Source: Dehalococcoidia bacterium (GTDB taxonomy: Bacteria; Chloroflexota; Dehalococcoidia; E44-bin15). From it: a stretch of 64,000 nucleotides of DNA. The notes beneath the pieces are model-generated. The model searched no databases and had not been told where the DNA came from. It worked only from the letters and a program-made list of their open reading frames with translations. The stretch covers positions 618,268-682,267 of the forward strand of contig JBAZEO010000001.1 in the NCBI GenBank assembly GCA_041653935.1, in the 5' to 3' direction. The position numbers were made by a program, and so were the translations under genes. This document shows, one piece after another, positions 45,555 through 55,748 of the stretch (positions within the stretch are counted from its first letter, which is position 1; every line of letters begins with the position of its first letter).

Positions 45555-47033
45555 CTATGGATGGAAAAGTTTTACATTCTTTGCCAGAGGGGTGAATACT
45601 AAGGCCCGCATGAATACCCTTGTCACTATAATCGCCGTTAACATGCTGACTAGTATGCCAATGCCCAAGGTTAATCCAAATCCTTTTACCGGAGCGGCGC
45701 CCAGGACATCACCAAACCAGAATAGTATAATACATGTTATCAGTGTAGTGACGTTGCTGTCACGAATTGCCGGCCACGCGCGGCTGAATCCTGTCTCGAC
45801 GGCCGCTCCCAGCGACTTCCCCGCCCGCAATTCCTCCTTTAGCCTCTCGAAAATAAGTACATTCGCATCTACCGCCATACCTATAGACAAAACTACAGCA
45901 GCTATTCCTGACATGGTTAAAGTTACCGGTATCAGTTTGAATATCGCCAGCATAATAGCCCCGTACACCAGCAAAGCCAGGCACGCCATTAAGCCGGATA
46001 TCTTGTAGTAAACGACCATGAACACAACTATAAGTGCCAGACCGATAATGCCAGCCATCAGCCCCTTCTCCAGCGAATCTGCTCCCAGTATAGGATCGAT
46101 CTTCTGGGTTCTTACCTCGTTCAGTGTGATCGGCAAAGCGCCAGTGTTAAGCTGGATTGACAGCCTCTCTGCTTCATCCAGCGACATGCCCTCAATGATG
46201 CCTTTAGCCCCAATCTGAGACTGCACGTTAGGATATGATATAAGATCATTGTCTAGAAAGATACCCAGTGGCTTTCCTATTAGACGCCCGGTTATCTGGG
46301 AAAACAGTGTTGCCCCATCCTCATTCCACTCGAACTGCACTACAGGCTCACCGGTATCCTTAACACTTATATAGGAATTGGGCAGGAGATACTGGCCAGT
46401 CAAAGCGTATTCCTCGCCATCAATCAGCCCTATGGCAGGTGTCCACTGGTTAATTACACTTTCTCCTGCTAAGTGATTGTAGGCAAAACCGGGTGTAATG
46501 TTAAATGTACTATTTACACTATCTATATCAACTATCGTCTGCATTTCGCCAGTGCTGGTTGTCCCTATACCAAAGACATCACCTGCACCGAAGCCACTGG
46601 TGCTGGCAACAATCATTGTATTATCGCTGACGTTAACAGAACCGACCAGCGAGGTGTTTATTGAGGTTGCCTGTTCACAGAAGCTAAGCACTGCAGTCGC
46701 GCCCACCAGGCTTTTTGCCCCCTCGATATCGGCAAAACCAGGCAACTGAACCACAATACGATCAGGGTTCATTGTATAGATGTCCGGCTCCCCCACGCCC
46801 CATTCATTGACACGTTTTTCGATAATATTCTTGGTTTCCTCGAGGCGGCCTGCATTATCTGCTGCTGACTCATTGCCGAATTCAGCCTGATATTCCAGAT
46901 ATACGCCGCCCTTCAGGTCCAACCCCAGCGTCATGCCGTGACGCCCGAAGATATCAGTCACGGCTACCACCGATACCGAGAAAACGAATAGAACAATAAC
47001 GATCGCTAAAGTAATAATATTTCTTCTACCCAT
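45555..47033 (-). CDS. secD: Protein translocase subunit SecD
   Basis: 492 aa. LGLDLKGG, large periplasmic domain, C-terminal RND-like TM bundle. Confidence 0.92.
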   Translation of the reverse strand: MGRRNIITLAIVIVLFVFSVSVVAVTDIFGRHGMTLGLDLKGGVYLEYQAEFGNESAADNAGRLEETKNIIEKRVNEWGVGEPDIYTMNPDRIVVQLPGFADIEGAKSLVGATAVLSFCEQATSINTSLVGSVNVSDNTMIVASTSGFGAGDVFGIGTTSTGEMQTIVDIDSVNSTFNITPGFAYNHLAGESVINQWTPAIGLIDGEEYALTGQYLLPNSYISVKDTGEPVVQFEWNEDGATLFSQITGRLIGKPLGIFLDNDLISYPNVQSQIGAKGIIEGMSLDEAERLSIQLNTGALPITLNEVRTQKIDPILGADSLEKGLMAGIIGLALIVVFMVVYYKISGLMACLALLVYGAIMLAIFKLIPVTLTMSGIAAVVLSIGMAVDANVLIFERLKEELRAGKSLGAAVETGFSRAWPAIRDSNVTTLITCIILFWFGDVLGAAPVKGFGLTLGIGILVSMLTAIIVTRVFMRALVFTPLAKNVKLFHP

Positions 47034-47056
47034 ACTACCTTTACCTTACCTCAACT

Positions 47057-48511
47057 TTACGAACATATCAACCGCTGTACCAACAGCAGCGCTTCTTCCT
47101 TAGTAGTTACCTCTCCTGAGGACTGCGCCTCGCGAACAGCCTCCAGCAGCCTGCCGATCTCCGGCCCCGGAGTCATGCCGTATTTATCGATTATATCATT
47201 TCCATCGATCAGTTTCTGTGGTTTTGTGACGCTATCTACCTTGAACCGCTCCTCAATGACATATCTTAATGTATCTGCATGCTCACGCCATTTATCATAC
47301 TCTATCATGGGTCCGCGCGCAGCCAGATGATCAGCCAGATTCAGGAAAATCGTATCGATGGCTATATCTCCGGTATCTCTAAAGTATCGATATATGGCAT
47401 GCCGCGTTGGAAGCTCATTATCGCGTGCCAGCTGTCCAGGGCGCAGGTGATGCTCCACCATTCCGCACGCCATTTCCCTCTCGCGAGCGCTGAATTTCAG
47501 GCGTTCCATTATACCGCGAACGACCCCAGCCCCCTCCTGAGAATGGCCAAAAAACCGCATCCGGCCCGACTCCTCGAACACCCTTGTCTGCGGCTTCGCG
47601 ATATCGTGAAGCAGCCCGACGAGTTTCAGCAATATCACCCTCTGGCGCCCACCGGCAACTTCTTCCTCAAAATATTCCTTGAGCGCCAGCGACCATGGCG
47701 ATAGAGACAAAATATCGTTGCTGAAATATTTCGATCCCTCGATATGTAGCAGGAACTCTATTGCAGCAACCGTCTCAAACGAGTGCTGCAGCACGTCCCA
47801 GTAATGCTCCTTGGGCTGCTCGGCGTCCCTGGTATTGGCAAGCTCGGGAAATATAACCATCAGTAAACCGAGCTCATCCAGCAAACGCAGCCACTCAACC
47901 GCCTTTGGAGCAGCTATTATTCGACACAGTTCATCACGCACCCTCTCTGCGGAAATCTGTGCGATGAGCATATGATCCCGTTCAATCTGTGCCAGTGTCT
48001 CCGCATCGAGCGTAAAGCCGAACTCAGCAGCAAGACGGACGGCGCGCAGCAGACGCGCAGGGTCCTGCTTGAAAGAATCCTCGCTTATAGAACGTACGAC
48101 GCGCGATTTGATATCATTGCGCCCGCCAAATGGATCGATAATATTGCTATTAAGATTGGGGATATCATTGAGGCTGACCGCCATTGCGTCTATTGTAAAG
48201 TCACGCAGCGCCAAATCCTCCGTTATGCCCCCGCGCATCTTGGCAAGGTCAATGTGAAGCGGCGCCTCGTCATACAGTGCTACCCGGACTATATCGTTAG
48301 CCTCATCCAGTGGAATAAACTTGCCATTCAGGCCGCTGGCGAAATCACGTCCTATATCCAAAGGAGATGCTCCGACCACAATGTCGATATCATCACTCTC
48401 GCGCCCCATTACCGCGTCACGCACAGTGCCGCCTGCAAGGTAGCCCTCGATGGAATGCTCGTCGAGCAGCTCCTTGACCCTTGTTATTACCTTCATCATT
48501 GCTTCTTTCAA
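47057..48511 (-). CDS. cca: CCA-adding tRNA nucleotidyltransferase with HD domain
   Basis: GGTVRD...DIDIV polymerase-beta motif, RDFTIDA, HD motif LLHDIAKP. The exact start among three nearby Met codons is uncertain. Confidence 0.85.
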   Translation of the reverse strand: MKEAMMKVITRVKELLDEHSIEGYLAGGTVRDAVMGRESDDIDIVVGASPLDIGRDFASGLNGKFIPLDEANDIVRVALYDEAPLHIDLAKMRGGITEDLALRDFTIDAMAVSLNDIPNLNSNIIDPFGGRNDIKSRVVRSISEDSFKQDPARLLRAVRLAAEFGFTLDAETLAQIERDHMLIAQISAERVRDELCRIIAAPKAVEWLRLLDELGLLMVIFPELANTRDAEQPKEHYWDVLQHSFETVAAIEFLLHIEGSKYFSNDILSLSPWSLALKEYFEEEVAGGRQRVILLKLVGLLHDIAKPQTRVFEESGRMRFFGHSQEGAGVVRGIMERLKFSAREREMACGMVEHHLRPGQLARDNELPTRHAIYRYFRDTGDIAIDTIFLNLADHLAARGPMIEYDKWREHADTLRYVIEERFKVDSVTKPQKLIDGNDIIDKYGMTPGPEIGRLLEAVREAQSSGEVTTKEEALLLVQRLICS

Positions 48512-48524
48512 AGATGGGCGCTAC

Positions 48525-49016
48525 CTAAATCTCCGGAGTATCTTCTTCCGTCTCTATTTTCTCCAGTTTTTCCGGGCTCTCAAGGTGGTCTATATAGAGA
48601 ATACCGTTTAAATGGTCTATTTCGTGTTCCAGAACCTCTGCAAGGAGATCATCCGCCTTTATGCGGAATGCCTTGCCGTTACGATCAAGCGCCTTTACCG
48701 TAACTTTCTCCGCGCGTTTGATCTCACCCCTGTAGCCGGGGACGCTGAGGCACCCTTCGATAACTACCCTCTCCCCTGACTTCTTTACCACCTCAGGGTT
48801 TACGAGCACGATGACCTCCTCCTCCGGTATCCCTATCACTGCTATCTTGAGCGAGACGCCAACCTGAGGAGCTGCCAATCCTGCACCCGAGACCTCATAC
48901 AAAGTCTCAATCATATCATCGATAAGCCGGTTTAATGACTCATCAACATGACTGACACGCTTAGCCTTTCGGCGCAACACAGGATCGGGGTACTTCAAAA
49001 TGGGTAGAACCGACAT
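48525..49016 (-). CDS. def: Peptide deformylase
   Basis: GAGLAAPQ, EGCLS, HEIDHLNG. Confidence 0.96.
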   Translation of the reverse strand: MSVLPILKYPDPVLRRKAKRVSHVDESLNRLIDDMIETLYEVSGAGLAAPQVGVSLKIAVIGIPEEEVIVLVNPEVVKKSGERVVIEGCLSVPGYRGEIKRAEKVTVKALDRNGKAFRIKADDLLAEVLEHEIDHLNGILYIDHLESPEKLEKIETEEDTPEI

Positions 49017-49065
49017 TATGCCATCCTAATTACTCGCCATATTATAGCGGGCGAACAAACGTATG

Positions 49066-51477
49066 TCAAAGCAAACTCACTGGATCGATATCTACCGCCC
49101 AACGCGGCGGGATGGTCATCTTAGACAGCAGCGACACCGGATCGTCGGCACGCATGACAATCTGCCAGCGATACCGACCGCGAATCCGCCTGACGAACGC
49201 CGGAGCAGGCCCTATAAGCGATATTGATATGCCCCACGAATCAGACTCAGCCTTTAGCCGACGGTACATCGCATCAGCCTCTTTGCGACAAAGCTCATCA
49301 TCTGTATCGGTGTATATCAGACGCGCCAGCCGACTAAAAGGAGGGTTTTGATATTGGCGGCGCAGGGATATCTCCTGATCATAGAAACAACTGTAGCCTC
49401 CCCTGGATACACAAGACACAGCGTAGTGTTCCGGCAAATAACTCTGCACAATAACCTGGCCACCGATGGAGCCTCTGCCCGCCCTGCCTGCAACCTGAAA
49501 CAACAATTGGAATGTACGCTCAGCCGACCGAAAATCCGGCAGGTTGAGATTGATATCCGCATTGATTACGCCGACGAGCGTGACCAGGGGGAAATCCAAT
49601 CCTTTTGCGATCATCTGCGTTCCTATAAGGATATCAGCCTCGTGCGCCATGAAGCGTTCCAGAATTTCCTCGTGCGAGTATTTAGTGCTGATTGAATCAC
49701 GATCCCAGCGCATGAGCCTCGCTTGCGGATAGAGAAGATTTATCTCCTCCTCCACCTTCTGCGTACCCAAACCTAAGAATTTAATACGGCTGCTCTTACA
49801 CTCAGGACAGGTCGAAGGCAATCTTCGGTGATCGTTACAATGGTGGCAAACTAAATCCTCGGCGGCGGAGTGATATGTCATAGATATATCGCACCTCTTG
49901 CACCTCAGCACATATCCGCAATCACGGCACTGCACAAACGTCGCGGTCCCCCTGCGGTTCAGGAACAGAATCACCTGCTCCTTATCCGCTAACGCCTTGC
50001 CGATGGCAGATCCCAGCGAACGACTGAAAATGCTGCGGTTGCCCGATTTCAACTCTTCGCGCATATCGATAATTTTTACCTGCTTCTCCCCTTTGGCAAT
50101 GCGCTCCGGCAGTTCGAGCAGTCGATATTCCCCCAGCCTGCTGCGATGGTAGCTGATGACATCAGGCGTAGCACTACCCAGGATAACCACCGATCCCGTG
50201 AGTCTCGCCAGCTCGATGGCAACATCCTTGGCATTGTAACGCGGCGACTGCTCATGCTGCTTGTAAGTCCACTCGTGCTCCTCATCCACCACGATAAGCC
50301 CCAGGTTTGGCTGAGGCGCGAACACGGCGCTGCGCGGGCCTATAACTACATCGAACTCGCCTTGCTTTATGCGCCACCACTCATCAAACTGCTCCCCCAT
50401 GCTGAGCTTGCTGTGCAGTACCGCTATCCTTCCAGGAAACCTGGCAGCGAATCTCGCAACCGTCTGCGGAGTGAGCGCGATCTCCGGGACCAGTACAATG
50501 GCTTTCTTACCCACCGCCATTGTCTGTTCCAGGGCACGAAGGTAAATCTCGGTCTTTCCGCTGCCGGTAACGCCATGTAACAGAAAGACTTCAGGTTTTT
50601 TTGTTGTTAAGATTGTGGGTTTTATATCCCTCCAGACACCCTCCTGCAGCGGGGTGAGCTCGGGAGCTATATCCAACTGAAAATTACGATGCGCCAAAGG
50701 GTCCCTGTAGACCCTAACCTTATCAACAAATATCAACCCTTTCTTCTTCAGTTCCGCCACAACCGTGCCGGTAAATCCAAAACGTCTTACCATATCGACA
50801 GACAGATACGGGCTGGCCCTGAGAAAATCAAGAAGCCCGGCCTGTTTGTAAGCCCTGTTCTCTTTGCGCAGGCGATCAGCCTTACACTTGGCCTCTTTTG
50901 CTTCCACGGCCAGACGGATATAAGATGACATTTTGGGATTAACTTTGGGTTCTCCCAGCTTGTAAGTCTTATCCAGCAGCCCTTTTTGAACAAGTTGTTT
51001 AATGACAGTAGAAGATTGACGCTTACCGATAGTTTTTTCGATTTTCTTCAAATCGATACTGGAACTGCCAATGAGATCGAGAACTTCACTCTCATCCGGA
51101 GTAAGAGGAGATGCGATACTTGCATTAACATTTGAAATAGCTGTTAAATAAGTGATAACCCTGCGCTCGAAGCCGGGGGGAGTCATTAAGGCAACGGCAT
51201 CGGATATAGAGGAAAGATAATGATCGCTTATCCAGCGGGCAAGCTTGATATGCGTTGGAGAAATAATCGGCTGCGGGTCCAGGAACCCTTTTATCTCCCT
51301 TGTATCTTCTACAGAGGGAATCTCCGACAGTTCAACGACGATGCCCTGCGCAACTTTAGGCCCGAACGGCACTTCTACAGCGTGGCCAACCTCTACGGAC
51401 ATATTAGAAGGCACAGCGTAACTGAATATCCTGCGCTGTGCCCCAGGGGAATTGACCACTACTTCGGCGTAATGCAT
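49066..51477 (-). CDS. priA: Primosomal protein N-prime (replication restart helicase PriA)
   Basis: 803 aa. Walker A GVTGSGKTE, DEEH box, Cys-rich Zn insert CRDCG..CKRC..CHHC..CPEC. Confidence 0.95.
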   Translation of the reverse strand: MHYAEVVVNSPGAQRRIFSYAVPSNMSVEVGHAVEVPFGPKVAQGIVVELSEIPSVEDTREIKGFLDPQPIISPTHIKLARWISDHYLSSISDAVALMTPPGFERRVITYLTAISNVNASIASPLTPDESEVLDLIGSSSIDLKKIEKTIGKRQSSTVIKQLVQKGLLDKTYKLGEPKVNPKMSSYIRLAVEAKEAKCKADRLRKENRAYKQAGLLDFLRASPYLSVDMVRRFGFTGTVVAELKKKGLIFVDKVRVYRDPLAHRNFQLDIAPELTPLQEGVWRDIKPTILTTKKPEVFLLHGVTGSGKTEIYLRALEQTMAVGKKAIVLVPEIALTPQTVARFAARFPGRIAVLHSKLSMGEQFDEWWRIKQGEFDVVIGPRSAVFAPQPNLGLIVVDEEHEWTYKQHEQSPRYNAKDVAIELARLTGSVVILGSATPDVISYHRSRLGEYRLLELPERIAKGEKQVKIIDMREELKSGNRSIFSRSLGSAIGKALADKEQVILFLNRRGTATFVQCRDCGYVLRCKRCDISMTYHSAAEDLVCHHCNDHRRLPSTCPECKSSRIKFLGLGTQKVEEEINLLYPQARLMRWDRDSISTKYSHEEILERFMAHEADILIGTQMIAKGLDFPLVTLVGVINADINLNLPDFRSAERTFQLLFQVAGRAGRGSIGGQVIVQSYLPEHYAVSCVSRGGYSCFYDQEISLRRQYQNPPFSRLARLIYTDTDDELCRKEADAMYRRLKAESDSWGISISLIGPAPAFVRRIRGRYRWQIVMRADDPVSLLSKMTIPPRWAVDIDPVSLL

Positions 51478-51503
51478 CCCCTAATGCCAATCAGCAAATG
51501 TTT

Positions 51504-51884
51504 TTACTGCGCGGGCTGCGCGGGCTGTTCGGACTGAGCTTCCTTGTCCTTAGGCCTTTTCTCGGCGATGCGCGCCTTCTTTGCGGTGAGCCCACGAAGG
51601 TAATAAAGCCTGGCGCGCCGTACCTTGCCATGCTTCAAAACCTCAACTTTATCGACCGATGGTGAAGTAAAGAAGAACGTCCTTTCAACGCCAATTCCAT
51701 AGGCCACACGCCTGACGGTAAAGCTGGCATTCGCTCCGCCCTTCTTAACCTTGATCACTACACCTTGGAACATCTGGTTCCGTACTCGTTCACCCTCGAC
51801 GATCTTGATGGCAACCTTTACCGTATCGCCGGAACTCAACGCCGGGATATTGGCATTCGGTTCAACCTTGATAAGCGTATCCAT
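51504..51884 (-). CDS. rplS: 50S ribosomal protein L19
   Basis: 126 aa. GDTVKV...EGERVRNQMFQGVVI...VRRARLYYLR, with a Lys/Gln-rich tail. Confidence 0.96.
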   Translation of the reverse strand: MDTLIKVEPNANIPALSSGDTVKVAIKIVEGERVRNQMFQGVVIKVKKGGANASFTVRRVAYGIGVERTFFFTSPSVDKVEVLKHGKVRRARLYYLRGLTAKKARIAEKRPKDKEAQSEQPAQPAQ

Positions 51885-52615
51885 TATTCTTCCTCACTTC
51901 TTAGCCGAGCCAAGAACTCTTTATCTTTCTTACTAAACACCGCACGCTCCAGCAAATCTGGGCGCCTTTTCGCCGTCCTACGTAGCGACTGCTCCCTGCG
52001 CCATCGGGCGACTTCCGCATGATTCCCCGAAAGCAGAACCTCCGGAACCTCCCAGCCTCTGAAATCCTGCGGCCTGGTATATTGAGGATATTCCAGCAGC
52101 CCCGTGGCATGCGAATCCTCCCCCGCCGACTCGTCAGATCCCAGGACTCCGGGTATCTGACGCGCCACTGCATCCACCACAACCATTGCAGCGAGCTCCC
52201 CGCCGCTCAGTACATAGTCCCCTATGCTTATCTCATCCGTGGCCAGATGCTCCCTCACACGCTCATCAACACCCTCGTAGTGACCACAGATAACTACGAA
52301 CTCTTCATAACCCGCGATCTCCGCAGCGATGCGCTGGTTAAACAAACGCCCCTGAGGCGTGAGCAAAATCACCGGGATATCCCTCTCCCCCCTCACCATT
52401 TCCACCGTCTCGAATACCGGCTCCGGCTTGAGCACCATCCCGGGTCCGCCGCCATACGGAGCGTCATCTACTACATGATGCTTATCCGAAGTGCAGTCCC
52501 TGATATTATATATCGATATGTCAACCAGCCCCCGCTCAACCGCCCGCTTAATTATACTTTCATTGAAAGGTCCCGTAAACATATTGGGGAAAAGAGTCAA
52601 GATATGTATATGCAT
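51884..52615 (-). CDS. trmD: tRNA (guanine37-N1)-methyltransferase
   Basis: [29 protein letters not shown]. Start at MHIH (GGGGAGAG RBS). TAATG overlap with rplS. Confidence 0.94.
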   Translation of the reverse strand: MHIHILTLFPNMFTGPFNESIIKRAVERGLVDISIYNIRDCTSDKHHVVDDAPYGGGPGMVLKPEPVFETVEMVRGERDIPVILLTPQGRLFNQRIAAEIAGYEEFVVICGHYEGVDERVREHLATDEISIGDYVLSGGELAAMVVVDAVARQIPGVLGSDESAGEDSHATGLLEYPQYTRPQDFRGWEVPEVLLSGNHAEVARWRREQSLRRTAKRRPDLLERAVFSKKDKEFLARLRSEEE

Positions 52616-52645
52616 TATATTCTCTCTCCCCAACCACTATCATTA

Positions 52646-53146
52646 TTATTTATGCGATTTATCCGCACAATCCCCCGACTGGCCCCTGAGCGTCTCGACG
52701 GCGTGATTGAACGCCGGAGAAACCACTTCAAGGCACTCACGAACCGCTTTCGGGCTGCCGGGCAGATTTATTATTAAGCTTCTTTTCCTGATTCCGCTCA
52801 CCGCCCTGCTCAGCACCGCCATAGGGGTCTTCTTCAGGCTCTCCGCTCTCATCGCCTCGGCGAAACCCGGCACTTCTTTATCTATAATCGCGAGGGTCGC
52901 TTCAGGCGTTACGTCGCGCGGGGTCAATCCTGTGCCACCGGTAGTGAGTATCAGCTCGATCCCCTCTCCATCCACCCACTCCACCAGCTTCGCGGAAATA
53001 ATCTCCCTCTCATCAGGAACAATTTCGTATTTTAACACATGCGCATCAAGAGCGGCAAGGATTTGTTTTATTACCTTGCCGCTCTCGTCTATTCTCTCGC
53101 CCCGCGAGCCTTTATCGCTGATTGTCAGTATGCCTGCGCTAAACAT
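52646..53146 (-). CDS. mogA: MogA/MoaB-family molybdopterin adenylyltransferase-like protein
   Basis: 166 aa. ILTISDKGSRGER, LILTTGGTGLTPRDVTPEA. Confidence 0.88.
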   Translation of the reverse strand: MFSAGILTISDKGSRGERIDESGKVIKQILAALDAHVLKYEIVPDEREIISAKLVEWVDGEGIELILTTGGTGLTPRDVTPEATLAIIDKEVPGFAEAMRAESLKKTPMAVLSRAVSGIRKRSLIINLPGSPKAVRECLEVVSPAFNHAVETLRGQSGDCADKSHK

Positions 53147-53149
53147 CGG

Positions 53150-55015
53150 CTATTCCTGCCAGCTGAATCCAACCTCCATAATACTACCATTGATACCTAG
53201 ATATTCTATCATCACTACATCGATAGGCTCCATGGACTGGTAAAGCAACAAGTCGACGGTATACATCTCACCGGGAACCAATGGCCCTTGCTGAGACTCC
53301 CGATCACCGAGTGGCATAACGGCACATGATTCATCTGATGTTTCGAAATGCAAGCCATAAAAGTCAGTGCTCTGCCCATAATATTGTGGATTTAAAGTCA
53401 GACTCACTTTCCAAACCTGGCCGTCAAACCAATGAACCACTGATGACTTCATGGTATTATCCACGACACCGTCACCGACACGCCAGCTTGCTGTGCTGCC
53501 TATTGGATTGTGGTTCTGGTCAGTCAGGCATATGGTGATGCACTCAGGAACCCCGGCGCCCGGAGGAGTTGATACATTAAATGTATATGTTGTGCAAGGC
53601 ACCAGCGGAGTTTCAAAATATTCGCTCCCCAGACACACGCCGCCGGACCAGAAATGAATGTCATAGACGTTTGATCCGTTAGGGAAGTAAGTTGGGAGGA
53701 AATGTATATCTACCGTAAATCCGCCTCCCGCAGGATTAGCCTTATGAACGGCATGAACACCTGTGACAACAGGCCCGCCGGAGCATGGCTTGGGGGTTGG
53801 CGTCGGCGTCGCACTAGCAGTCGGCGTCGGAGTGCCGTCAGCCGGAATCGTTACTGGAGGAGTCTGTCCGGGGATCGTACCGGTTGGAGTGGGAGTAACG
53901 GGGGGAGGCGTCGGGGTCGGGGTCGGATTCCACGTCGGGGTCGGAGTCGGAGTAGGAGTAGGAGTTGCATTAGCATAAGGAGAGACCGCTATGGCATAGT
54001 CGATCTCGACCTGCACCGGCAGATTGGCATTGTACGCTCCCTGATAGTTCATCAGGTCGGCGGCCCAGTTCTGTCCGACAAAGTTTGCCACATCGAAACC
54101 ATCGGCATAGCTGTCAAACTTCCATAAACCTCCCGGGCTGTCCGACTCGCTTATATTAAAGATGTCATGAGATACGTATTGCGCATCGTTGTGCACCGAT
54201 GAGTTATGGGGATAGGTATGCGCGGCAGGAACCCTGCCCGGGTTGCCGGCTTCAGCGTTATCGCGATACGGATCGCTTACGCCGAGCTGACTTGTATCGG
54301 TATTAACGCCGGCGCATGTCACATAGTGCCCCCCCACACGAACCCACTCCCCCTGACTGTCATGAGTGGGATCCGTCTGCAATTGCCAGAATCCGAGAAG
54401 CAATACCACATCTTGACATCTCTTAATCTCCCCCGCTATCCAATCGAATTCCGGACTCTTCACAACGTGAACATAGTATTCGTCATCTAATCCTTTATCT
54501 ATTAGATACTGATTAATGGCATCTTCCATATCCTCTATATACGTGCCGGCATGGTCATCACCTGTTTTCTGACCGTCGGTATCCATTCTCATCGCCAAAT
54601 CATCTACAAACGGTATCACATTCTGTGTATCATGATCGTCCCACAGGGCTGCACCCACCGGGCTATATGATTGAACAAGAGGATATCCATCGTTAACAGT
54701 CGGCGGCGCTACCGGATTCGGCTCCATCTCGGAATCGAACCACCACAGCGAATTAGCCATTGCCACGGGGCCGCAGTAAGACCAAGTGGGAGCTGCGGCA
54801 GTAAGTGACCAGTCATCCTGCTTCTGATCAAAGTCAGGCATCCCGCTGAGAGCATAATCTATGAAACCACCAGGCTTCCAATACCACCCAGTCCCTTCTA
54901 TCTGCATCGGAGTTGGTGTCGTCTTCTGGTCTCCACCACCCGTACATGCTACCAATGCCATGCTCAGAACAGCAATTAATACTACAAGGCTAAATATTTT
55001 GGGATAAGTTTTCAT
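53150..55015 (-). CDS. Secreted lipoprotein: papain/C39-like Cys-His domain, Pro/Thr linker, two tandem beta-rich C-terminal domains
   Basis: Start at MKTYPK (GAGGGAAG RBS). Lipobox LVAC. SYCGPVAMANSLWW (candidate Cys) and GGHYVTCAG (candidate His). A 60-aa PT-rich linker. C-terminal halves share a YDIHF/YGLHF...PLVP..YT pattern. Confidence 0.7.
   Translation of the reverse strand: MKTYPKIFSLVVLIAVLSMALVACTGGGDQKTTPTPMQIEGTGWYWKPGGFIDYALSGMPDFDQKQDDWSLTAAAPTWSYCGPVAMANSLWWFDSEMEPNPVAPPTVNDGYPLVQSYSPVGAALWDDHDTQNVIPFVDDLAMRMDTDGQKTGDDHAGTYIEDMEDAINQYLIDKGLDDEYYVHVVKSPEFDWIAGEIKRCQDVVLLLGFWQLQTDPTHDSQGEWVRVGGHYVTCAGVNTDTSQLGVSDPYRDNAEAGNPGRVPAAHTYPHNSSVHNDAQYVSHDIFNISESDSPGGLWKFDSYADGFDVANFVGQNWAADLMNYQGAYNANLPVQVEIDYAIAVSPYANATPTPTPTPTPTWNPTPTPTPPPVTPTPTGTIPGQTPPVTIPADGTPTPTASATPTPTPKPCSGGPVVTGVHAVHKANPAGGGFTVDIHFLPTYFPNGSNVYDIHFWSGGVCLGSEYFETPLVPCTTYTFNVSTPPGAGVPECITICLTDQNHNPIGSTASWRVGDGVVDNTMKSSVVHWFDGQVWKVSLTLNPQYYGQSTDFYGLHFETSDESCAVMPLGDRESQQGPLVPGEMYTVDLLLYQSMEPIDVVMIEYLGINGSIMEVGFSWQE
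53786..53968 (-). repeat. Low-complexity coding repeat (Pro-Thr linker)
   Basis: Encodes ATPTPTPTPTPTWNPTPTPTPPPVTPTPTG...TPTPTASATPTPTPKP. DNA shows degenerate GGNGTN hexamer periodicity on the plus strand. Confidence 0.85.
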
Positions 55016-55175
55016 ATTTTCTTCCCTCACAACCATCTGACATTCAAAGCTGAGCTAGCTTCAAATGCTTTCGAAACGTATGCGAAATGATAGCACAAAG
55101 GCACCAAATTGTAAACAAAATTGGAGTCAAAAACACCAGTTAAAGACCAGTTTTCTATTTCCTTGTCTAAAAGTA

Positions 55176-55220
55176 TTGACAAGAAGTGGGAAGAAGTGGT
55201 AAGGTTTGGCATAAAATGGA
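55176..55220 (+). promoter_or_regulatory. mraZ promoter with phased MraZ-box-like repeats
   Basis: TTGACA (55176-55181), then GTGGG (55186), GTGGT (55196), TTGGC (55206) and ATGGA (55216) at exact 10-nt phasing. First two units are GAAGTGGG/GAAGTGGT. Confidence 0.55.
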
Positions 55221-55316
55221 AAATAGATAATAATTAGTTGATTAAATTAAAGGTTTCAAACAAAGTGATTTAAAGCTAAAACAGGGAATTAAGGATTTCA
55301 GAGGGTTAACAAGAAC

Positions 55317-55748
55317 ATGTTTTCCGGCGAGTACGAATACAAAATCGATGCCAAGGGCAGGGTATCAATCCCGCCCAAGTTCCGCAGCCAGTTTGCGGAC
55401 GGGATCGTACTGAACAAAGGTGTAGACGGATGCATCGATGCCTATCCCCTGTCGGCATGGAATGAAGCGACAAATCAATTCCAGTCGCTGCCGATCGTCC
55501 GCAACGAGAAGTCACGACGTATGAGCCGTATATTATTTTCATCTGCATTTAACATGGAGCTGGATGAGCAGGGCCGAATAATGTTACCGCCGGCACTTAG
55601 ACAGCATGCCGCAATAAAAGATAGTTTAGTAATCACCGGAGTCAGTAACTATCTCGAGATCTGGAGCAAAGAGTCGTGGAACAAAGAACAAGCCTTAATG
55701 CGCAAGGAAGCCTGGCAGATTTTTGAGAGCGCGGAGAGTCACAAATGA
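55317..55748 (+). CDS. mraZ: Transcriptional regulator MraZ
   Basis: 143 aa. Duplicated DAKGRVSIP / DEQGRIMLP SpoVT-AbrB-type motifs. Confidence 0.95.
   Translation: MFSGEYEYKIDAKGRVSIPPKFRSQFADGIVLNKGVDGCIDAYPLSAWNEATNQFQSLPIVRNEKSRRMSRILFSSAFNMELDEQGRIMLPPALRQHAAIKDSLVITGVSNYLEIWSKESWNKEQALMRKEAWQIFESAESHK

Noticed and set aside
47972-48703. 243-aa ORF antisense to cca and def; likewise 52019..52777, 45325..46008, 1023..1721, 1990..2859, 58718..59254
   Set aside because: Each lies opposite a confidently identified housekeeping gene, spans gene boundaries on the other strand, and has no recognisable domain.
53763-53978. Periodic GGNGTN DNA repeat, considered as a tandem repeat or CRISPR-like array
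   Set aside because: It is the reverse complement of a Pro/Thr-linker coding region. Units are 6 nt and degenerate, with no spacer structure.
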